IMG/VR virus record: IMGVR_UViG_3300028599_000003
Direction: 5' to 3' (one strand)
DNA: 64,000 nucleotides
From: a virus
Below the pieces are notes generated by a model, which had not been told where the DNA came from, did no database searches, and was given only the letters and a program-made list of their open reading frames with translations. Position 1 is the first letter of the stretch. Every line of letters begins with the position of its first letter. Below are positions 40,120-48,800 of the stretch, piece after piece. Both the position numbers and the translations under genes were made by a program.

Positions 40120-43071
40120 TTACATTCCCATCTTACCACTGTAAAACGGCACTGCCCACTTTGATAGTCTTTTTATTTCTTTTCCTTTTTGTGATTGATT
40201 CAACATTCCTCTTGCTGCATCATAACCTACAGGTGCACCTTGATTGATTAGCTCTTGTTGTGCATTTGATCTTGTATTAGTAGTATTTGAGTCAGGACCA
40301 TATATCCTTTCCCACATATCTTTTGTAACTTCTCTTTGAACACCCTTATCATCTTTACCAACAAGCTCCTGTAATCTTTGCCACTTTTCTATATTTGCTT
40401 GAGTTTGATCTCCTTGAGAATCTTTCAACAATCTTTTACCATTAGGACCAAATTCAACATCACCACCTTTTAAAGGGTTAACATTATAATAATCATACAA
40501 CTGGTTCATATTATATGTATTGGCTGCGTTTGTTATACCAGCATTATATAAATCATTATATCTACCAGTTTTCCAATTTTTAAAATTCTGAGCATTCTGT
40601 AATGCTACAGTGGTATCATCATATAATTGTTTGTTTGTTGCATTGTTAGCCATGTCAACTTTCATATCTAGTTGTGGTTGCATTGTTGCAACTTGATTCA
40701 TAGTTCTAACATTGTTCTGGTTAACTTGATTTATAGCTTTAGCATTAGCATCTAAAGTTTTACCTTGAATATTACTACGTGCAATTGCCTGTGGTCCATA
40801 TGCACCTAATGCATTTGCCATAGTGTTTTGTGCTGCTAAATTTGCATTGACTCTTCCTGTATAATCATCTAATACATAATCAATTTTTTGATCTTCTAGT
40901 TGAGGAGCCCAAGGCAGGAACAATTCATCATCAATAGCATTTAATGCAAGTATGTTATTAACATCTTGTTTCCACCACTCTTTTTCTGGGTCAGGTTTAA
41001 CTGGTGGTGTTTTTTTCTTTTCTTCTGGATCATCTGGTAAATCCATAAACTGCTCATCACCAGGTTGATAGTCCATATCAAACCCAGGTGCATTTACAGT
41101 ATAACCACCTCTCTTACCATCAAACCTTCTTTTATTCCATTCATCATCTAACTTGCCATCACCATCTTTATCATAAGTATCAGGATCATTTTTAAGTCTT
41201 TCCTCCAATACTTCATCGGTAAAGAAATAAGGTATGTACTGAACACCTTTTTTATCAAAGTATGCTTTTCTTTTTTCTTCATATTTATTTTGGAATCCTC
41301 TCCAGTTTGCATCATAGTTTGGATCACTCATTTTCATATTAAACTTGAAGTCTATACCATCTGCTTTTAAAGCATCTATAACAGCCTGATTTCTGTAATA
41401 AAAATCTTCTTCTGATTCTTTACTAGAAAACATATCTGAACCATATCCAAAGCCATCTGTATTTTTAGACTGAGTATCAGGCAATTTATTACCAGAAAAC
41501 TTACCACTTATAAAAGTTGCTACGTCACCTACATCTGGATCATTATTTAACTCTTGTTGAGTTCTTATTTCAGGAGTATAAGTATCAGATAAACCACCAG
41601 CCCCAGATATTTTATTTTGATCAAACACCTGAACTTCAGTAGCCTCTTTCATAGTTCTACCATCAATAGGCCCTCTAACAAAAGATATTTTATTTTTACC
41701 GTCTTTCTTTACTATTGTAGGAGAATATCCATCTGCTATATACTTATCATACTGTTTAGCTTTTTCACTTCCAGCAGCATAAGGATTTTTAGCACCATTA
41801 GTATTAACCACAGTTTCTACTTGTTTGTCAGTTGCAGTTGTAGTTTTATCTGTTGTTAGAGCATCTGTTTCTGTCTCAGTAGTTGTCTCAGTAGTTTCTT
41901 CCATGAGTCTATATGCATCTGGCACTTGACCACTTTGAATTGCAATAAGAGCTTGTCTTCTTAATTCTGATTTGGGTATTGGATCAGAACCATCTTCTAG
42001 ATACCATGCTTTACCATTCCAAGTAGCATCTTTCATGTTCTTAGGATACCCAATTTTTTTTCTTTCATAGTAATCTCTTGCAGTTTCTCCTTTCCTTTGA
42101 TAGCTTTCTAATTCTTTACCATAACCAGCTTTAACTAAAAAGTCTCCAAGCTCAGTTCCATACTGTGCCATAGATCCCATCATAGCATTATTTTCCATTG
42201 CTAACCCTGGCTCTCCTGGTTGAGGCATAAATGCTTCCATAGGTGCTGGCATTCCTTGCTGAGGCATCTGTTGTTGCATACCTTCTTGCTGTTCTTGTTG
42301 AGCCATCATTTGTTGCATCATCATTATTTGTTGCTGTTGCTCAATAGGTAATGCTGCTAAAGCTTTAGCTTCTGCTTCTTTCCTTGATATCTCTTCTACT
42401 TTAGCTGTAAACTCAATAGGGTCTTCACCTATAGAAACTAAATATGGATGAGATGCTAAAGGTACACCATCAGAAAAATCCTTTTTGGCTTCTTGTACAA
42501 AAGCAAGCTTTGATAAGTCATTCATGTTTTTCTTCAACATAAGCTCTGCACTTGTAGCTGATATTTTATCTGCATACTGTGAATCTAATTCACCATAATA
42601 CTCTTGTAACCCAAACTTCTTAGAAATTTTAGCAGGTGTTTTTTTACTTCCACCTACTCCAAACTCACTCATTTCATCTTTTGTAAACTTAAGTTTTCTT
42701 GTGTCAGAAAAAACAAAAGATTGTTCTGGCAAAAACATTGGTACACCTCCACTACCGTGTCTTGGTCCTTGTATGTCATACAGACCAAATGTACCGTCAT
42801 CATTTAAATCAGTTAAAACTGTTTCTCCACCCTCTGCTTCTAAATTAGCATCTTCTCTGGGTACACTTGATAAACTATATCTAACAGATTCATCACGTGA
42901 ATTATTAAAATTAGTATTACCATAATATGCTTGTGGAGTTGTAACCAAACCGTAGTCAGATTGATCACCTGTTACCATACCACCATGTTCCATAGACATT
43001 GCATCTTCAACAACCTTTCCATTACGGATGCTAAAACCTTGTGGTAATTTGTTTATTTTAATTTTTGCCAT
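40120..43071 (-). CDS. modular virion cargo protein (983 aa)
   Basis: ANLEAEGGE...GPRHGSGG...FVFSD module recalled from crAss-like virion proteins; Q/M/P-rich spacer; N/Q/A-rich C-terminal helices. Confidence 0.65.
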   Translation of the reverse strand: MAKIKINKLPQGFSIRNGKVVEDAMSMEHGGMVTGDQSDYGLVTTPQAYYGNTNFNNSRDESVRYSLSSVPREDANLEAEGGETVLTDLNDDGTFGLYDIQGPRHGSGGVPMFLPEQSFVFSDTRKLKFTKDEMSEFGVGGSKKTPAKISKKFGLQEYYGELDSQYADKISATSAELMLKKNMNDLSKLAFVQEAKKDFSDGVPLASHPYLVSIGEDPIEFTAKVEEISRKEAEAKALAALPIEQQQQIMMMQQMMAQQEQQEGMQQQMPQQGMPAPMEAFMPQPGEPGLAMENNAMMGSMAQYGTELGDFLVKAGYGKELESYQRKGETARDYYERKKIGYPKNMKDATWNGKAWYLEDGSDPIPKSELRRQALIAIQSGQVPDAYRLMEETTETTTETETDALTTDKTTTATDKQVETVVNTNGAKNPYAAGSEKAKQYDKYIADGYSPTIVKKDGKNKISFVRGPIDGRTMKEATEVQVFDQNKISGAGGLSDTYTPEIRTQQELNNDPDVGDVATFISGKFSGNKLPDTQSKNTDGFGYGSDMFSSKESEEDFYYRNQAVIDALKADGIDFKFNMKMSDPNYDANWRGFQNKYEEKRKAYFDKKGVQYIPYFFTDEVLEERLKNDPDTYDKDGDGKLDDEWNKRRFDGKRGGYTVNAPGFDMDYQPGDEQFMDLPDDPEEKKKTPPVKPDPEKEWWKQDVNNILALNAIDDELFLPWAPQLEDQKIDYVLDDYTGRVNANLAAQNTMANALGAYGPQAIARSNIQGKTLDANAKAINQVNQNNVRTMNQVATMQPQLDMKVDMANNATNKQLYDDTTVALQNAQNFKNWKTGRYNDLYNAGITNAANTYNMNQLYDYYNVNPLKGGDVEFGPNGKRLLKDSQGDQTQANIEKWQRLQELVGKDDKGVQREVTKDMWERIYGPDSNTTNTRSNAQQELINQGAPVGYDAARGMLNQSQKGKEIKRLSKWAVPFYSGKMGM

Positions 43072-43073
43072 AA

Positions 43074-45821
43074 TTATAATTTTTCTATGTCAGCTCCAGC
43101 TGCAATTAGTTTTGCTAACATTCTTGAATCAACTTCTACAGTTTGTTCACCTCCATTTTGTTTTTTTGATTTAATCAAATGAAGATACCCATCACTATCA
43201 TCATAATAGGTTTTATTTTTAAAGCTATATGATTTACCATCTTCTGGATCCGGGTCTGAAGTATAATAAGGAGCTTTATTTTTATGATTTACATTAACCT
43301 GTTCACCTGCATTATATGCTTCAGGATCAATTTGTGATGCTAAATATTGCTGTAATTTAAACTGAGGAAACATCTTGGCACCGCTTACGCTATTACTATT
43401 TCCCACAAATAATGTATCATTTTGAGTAACTCCCATTTGAGACATAATATCTTTTATAGCTGTAACATCACTTTTGTTTTTATTTTTAAATAATTCTATA
43501 TATTCATCTAGATATTCATGATCATAGTTTTTGATTCTATTTTTTCTCTCTTTCCTAGTTTCACCTTTATCTTGATACTTAGATAACTCTCTTTTAATAA
43601 CTCTATCCCTATTTGCTAAATATGCTTCTTCTCCTTTAGCTCCACCATATGCCATATTACTAAGTATGTTATGCTGTGCTTCTGGAGGTAATGCTTTGAA
43701 GCCAGGGTTGTTTACACCACCACCTTCTTTACTCATATATAATCCTGTTGTTGCATCACCTTCACTACCCATCAAACCAGAATTAATATCAAACGTACCT
43801 CTTTTATTAAAGGCATCTGTCTTAGTTCCATATATATTATCTGCAACTAAATCACCTCTTAATTCTTCTTGTGCTTTCTTTTTATTTCTTTCATCAAACC
43901 AATCATTAGCAACATCTGCTGCACCAACAGCAAAGTTTGATAAATCACCAAATGCTGTGGCAACTGTACTATTTAAAGCTCTATCTAAAAATCCACCTAC
44001 ACCACCATAGTTTGCATCAACTTCAGGACCCTTTATATCTGTAAATAAATCTGCTGCTGATCTTTGTGCAGGCACATCATTTGTTTGAGCTACTGGTGGA
44101 GTTGGGTTAAAAGGATTATTAAACCCAGCTACATATTCTTGATACAATTGTGGACCATTAGCAACACCTCTTGTAACAGGATCTTGCGCAACCCATTCTT
44201 GAAAAGAAAGCATTTGATTTGCTACTGGACCTGCCATTTGCATATTAGGTATTTCAGCTCCATACTTAACTAACATTTGTTGATAGTCAGAAAAATTAGG
44301 AACGCCTTTATTAAACCCTGGATCTAAAGGACCATCATAGTCTTTTGGTATAAACTGATCAAACCCAGGATCATTATTTTCAATAGACTCTGGTAATTTC
44401 ATATCAAAGCTAGGATCTAAATCTACTTCTTGTGGATCTTTACTAGTAGCACCTGGGTCTTTACCGCCAGCTGACATTGGATCTACTTTATATTCAGTTG
44501 GTATTTCTTGTCCTTTCCTTTTTAATATAGATTCAATATATGCTTTTGTTTCTGCTGATCCACTTTGCCACTTTTCTAGCAAATCATCAGATACTTTTTT
44601 TACGGCACTTGGGGCATTTATATCATCTAGTACTTTATCTGCTTCTGTTTTTATAATATTTCCTAATGCATCTTTCTGTTGAGTTAGTTCTGGATTTTCA
44701 ACTTGAAATTGTTTAAACCATGTTGCTGCAGCATTTTTATTTTCATCACTTGTATCAAACTTAACGTCATAAGTGGCATTAGCCATCTTTTGCATTTTGT
44801 TATTAATATGCTTACCACGCCAGTCTCTAAAGCTACCATCCTTTACACCATCACCATCTTTATCCTTACCACTAAACATATCTTCATATGCAGTTAAAGC
44901 CACGTTTGCAGCTTTTCCTAAATTAAATTCTGCATCATTAAAAATAGCAGGATTAATATACATTGGTCCTGGCTCAAGTATACCTTCATCTTCTAGATTA
45001 CTTATTAAACCTTTATTTTTAGTTTTAACTGCGTCCTCACTTTTAGAAGCATTTAAAAAATCAGACATCATTTTTGTATTATCTGTACCCTCTTCAGATG
45101 TTACTACTGCTCCTGTTTCTACTCCGTCTGCTGCTTTAGGTGCATCATGATTATAACCTGCTTCTTTAAGTCTAAGATGAGTAGCCATATCTCTAGCTCT
45201 AATCTTTCTATCACCTTTATACATAAAGTGTGGTTCAAATTCACCACCCTCTTCTTTTTTCCATCCAGCTGCATTCTTTGCAAAGTTAGCCATCTTAACT
45301 ACTGAAGCAGGATAGTTATCTGTATTGCTCATAACTTTGTTATAAGCTTCAGATACTGACATACCTCTTGCTTTAGCCCATCTTGTAAACTTACCCTTGT
45401 TTTCTGGTTTAATTTCTATACCAGATTTAGCCTGATCAATAGATGTTATATTCATATCCATACCAGGAGCTTCTTGTTGTATTTCTTCTGCTCTTGCTAG
45501 TTGTTGTGGATTATTTGTAATTTGCTGTGGACTAGGTTCTTGTGGTTGTTGTAGTTTTTGTACATCTTCAAACAAACTTATAATTGCTTCTTCTTCATAA
45601 CCCAACTGCATAAGAGCTTGACCTATAATATTTTGATCAACTTCTTGCTGCATTAAACCCATCAATACTTCTTGAGGTTGCTGACCTTCTTGAACAGCTG
45701 CAGTAAACATTTCACTTATCTGCATAACTTGCGGATCAACTTGAGGTTGTTGCTGCAGACCAGGTTGTTGAGGAATCATTGATCCTCCTTGTTGTTTTAC
45801 ACTTTTTTTGTTTAAATCCAC
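43074..45821 (-). CDS. modular virion cargo protein (915 aa)
   Basis: Q-rich N-terminus; IKPENKGKFT...ANFAKNAAGW and FEPHFMY...GYNH mini-modules separated by xxGG/xAxG motifs. Confidence 0.65.
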   Translation of the reverse strand: MDLNKKSVKQQGGSMIPQQPGLQQQPQVDPQVMQISEMFTAAVQEGQQPQEVLMGLMQQEVDQNIIGQALMQLGYEEEAIISLFEDVQKLQQPQEPSPQQITNNPQQLARAEEIQQEAPGMDMNITSIDQAKSGIEIKPENKGKFTRWAKARGMSVSEAYNKVMSNTDNYPASVVKMANFAKNAAGWKKEEGGEFEPHFMYKGDRKIRARDMATHLRLKEAGYNHDAPKAADGVETGAVVTSEEGTDNTKMMSDFLNASKSEDAVKTKNKGLISNLEDEGILEPGPMYINPAIFNDAEFNLGKAANVALTAYEDMFSGKDKDGDGVKDGSFRDWRGKHINNKMQKMANATYDVKFDTSDENKNAAATWFKQFQVENPELTQQKDALGNIIKTEADKVLDDINAPSAVKKVSDDLLEKWQSGSAETKAYIESILKRKGQEIPTEYKVDPMSAGGKDPGATSKDPQEVDLDPSFDMKLPESIENNDPGFDQFIPKDYDGPLDPGFNKGVPNFSDYQQMLVKYGAEIPNMQMAGPVANQMLSFQEWVAQDPVTRGVANGPQLYQEYVAGFNNPFNPTPPVAQTNDVPAQRSAADLFTDIKGPEVDANYGGVGGFLDRALNSTVATAFGDLSNFAVGAADVANDWFDERNKKKAQEELRGDLVADNIYGTKTDAFNKRGTFDINSGLMGSEGDATTGLYMSKEGGGVNNPGFKALPPEAQHNILSNMAYGGAKGEEAYLANRDRVIKRELSKYQDKGETRKERKNRIKNYDHEYLDEYIELFKNKNKSDVTAIKDIMSQMGVTQNDTLFVGNSNSVSGAKMFPQFKLQQYLASQIDPEAYNAGEQVNVNHKNKAPYYTSDPDPEDGKSYSFKNKTYYDDSDGYLHLIKSKKQNGGEQTVEVDSRMLAKLIAAGADIEKL

Positions 45822-45840
45822 GTTGATAATATTATATTAT

Positions 45841-45851
45841 TAATATACAAA
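45841..45851 (-). promoter_or_regulatory. recurring upstream motif TTTGTATATTA
   Basis: Exact copy 20 nt upstream of GTG 45821. Confidence 0.6.
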
Positions 45852-45881
45852 TAATTAAGGAGATTCACTAATCTTTAGGGT

Positions 45882-48800
45882 TTAAGCTTGATAAAGATGA
45901 GTCAAAATATAGTTAGGTGGTGACATATTACCCAACTCTTTTGCATCTTTATAATGCTTTCTATTTAATTTATCATATAAACTTTTAGCTTTACTCTCAT
46001 TGTCAGTTCCATTATAGACACCATCTATATAATCTTTATACATTTGTATTTGTTTTTTCTCTCCTCCTACTGCATAGTTTGGCATATACTTTCCTTTTTG
46101 TTGAAATTTTAAATACTTAGCATGTTTTTTAACGTTATCTGTATATGTTTTACCACCATCCTTACTTGATCCTCCCCAGTGTTTAGGAAGTGTGTTAAAT
46201 AAATCATTTCTATCTACACCCTTTCTATTATTAGCTAAGAATGCTAATCTTAATACAGTTGCTATAGCTGCTTTTTCAGGATCTAATAAATCTTTATTAG
46301 ATGTTATACCAAACTTCTTTAATATATTTATTTGTTTTTTGTCCTTTGGTAAATTCTTATCTTCCTTTATTATATTATCCCATCTAAGTTGAGTTAAACC
46401 AACACTGTTATAATCTTCTTTTGCACTTTTTTCATAAACAGGAAGATCAGTCTTCAAACTATCTTTTACAGCAAGAGCTATTAAAGGAGAAAGAGATGTT
46501 AATCCATCTAATGTATCTATTTTATAACCATCATATTTTTTAAATACATCAGGTGAAGAAGTAACTTTAGGTAAAAGATCAGTTGAGCCAACTATTGGTA
46601 AGTCACCTTTTCTATTTTGATCAGCTACAAATTTTGTAACACCTCTTGTAAAGTTTCCACCAGCACTGTGTGTATCACCAAAATTAGATTCATTACCATA
46701 AATACCAAAAGCAATTCTAGCAATATCATTATATACATCACTAGGTATACCTGCCTCTACCATTATTTTCTTTTTGTTATTTACTAAAGAATTTATAAAT
46801 GGTTTAGTTGAGTTTTCTTGTTCTTCTTTATCTGAGGAGTCTGAAGTAAAAAAATTACCAATGGACTTTAGAGTACCCGTTTCATTATATACTTCCTCTT
46901 CAAAAGATTGTTGATCAAACACTGGACGTATAGGTTGGTAGTTTAATGTATTTACTGAATAATTAGATCCTTGTTGAGTTTGCTCTTTACCTTTAGAATC
47001 TATATAATTAGAAGTATATTTTTCTCTATTATCCTCTGACATTTTTAATACAGCTTGTCCATCAACCCATTGAAAATTATTACCATCATCTTCTGGTAAT
47101 ACATATACCGCTGTACCTGCAGGCATTCCTAGATCATACAATGCTTGTAAATCAGTACATTGACCATTTATACAACCATTACTTGCTCTATTGTTTTCAA
47201 CATTTCCATCATCAAATAAACCTTTTCTACCAGAAGTAGGGCCATGAATAGCAGTAGCTACATCTATGTCAGTACCATCTGTAAATAAATTAAATGAAGG
47301 AACTCCCTTACCACCATATTTATCTGGTGAGTCAGCATAACTTTCTTTTATATAATACTTACCTGCACCAGTGTTTTTGTTTCCAGCACTCCAGTTAGGA
47401 ATCCATTTACCATTTCTTTTATCTTCATCTGTTATCTTACCATCTTGGTTAAAATCCCACATCTTTGTTACAGTCAAAGCATCACCTTTATTAGCACCTG
47501 TAAGAACTTCAAAGTCTAATATTGACTTTCCACCTCTCCAAACTTCTAATCTCTTTGTTTTTTTATTTACTATAACATAATGACCATTAGGATCATTAAC
47601 CATTTGAGCTTTCTTTATTATATCCTCATCAGCTGAATCATTAATATTCTTTCTGTCTTCATCTAATAAATCAACGTCCTGCCATGTTTCTTCAATTTCT
47701 TCTACTTCCTCATAATTAGATTGAGGTATAACAATATCTTGACCAGCAAAAATTTCATTAATGTTTTTAATTGAACTATTAGCTTCTACAATTTTTCTAA
47801 GAGGAACACCAAATCTTGTTGCTATCCTACCTAATGTATCTCCTGACTTAATATCATAATTAAGAAATTTAGTTTTAGACTTAGGTAATTTTAATTCTTG
47901 ATTGATATCTATTTGACTAGGGTTATCAATATTATTTAACTTTGCAATTTCATCTACAGAAGTACCAAATTGTTCTGCTATTCTTGTCAGGTTATCTCCT
48001 GACTTAATTGTATAAGTTGTCAGATTATCATCTTCTTGTTTAGGCTTTTCCTCAGCTTGTCTAAAAGGACCCATATAAGGAGTAACTGGTTCCTGTACAT
48101 AATTATCTTGTTGCCACATTTCAGGAAGATAAAAACTTTGTTCTTCTTCTGCTTCTTCTTGTCTAATGGGACCTGCATATTGTTTTACCGGAAGACTATC
48201 TTGGTCATTTATATCTTTATAATTATATAACTGCTTATAATAGTCATAAGCTTCATCAGTAGTTGTCTTTAAAAAGTTCTCCTGTACATTAGGTCTGCCT
48301 TCTGTATTTTTATCATACAGAATCATATCAATGTAATCTTGAGTTTCCTGTGGAAGTCTAGATACCCATTTTACATCATTGTATATATCTTCACCCTCTT
48401 CTTTTAATTCATTTAATAAGTCTAATGTATTGCCTCTGCCCCAGTTATATGCAGCTAAAGTTTTAATTAATCTTACATCATCATCTTGATTTTCTTTATT
48501 AATAAATGAAGAGTTGTATAATTCATTCATTGACCACTCTTGAACTTTATAATTTTGTTCAGGGTCATAAGGATCTATTTCATCTACCTTATTTGCTTTT
48601 TTATAATCTGTTATAAGGCTATCTCCTATTTGACCAAGACCCATATATCCTTTATTGCTTTTGGCTTTTGGATCTAGATTAGATTCAACAAAAGCTTGCT
48701 TGTATAAAAGATTTGAGTCTACCTTATTTTTTGTTTTTTCTTTTTTATCAGAATCTTTAGGTATGTAAATCCTATCATAAAATTCATATGGCTTTATACC

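Noticed and set aside
40110-45884. TAAACC(C)TAAAG at the stop codons of two cargo-region genes
   Set aside because: Two copies only, with inconsistent spacing (16 versus 21 nt) to the downstream TTTGTA motif.
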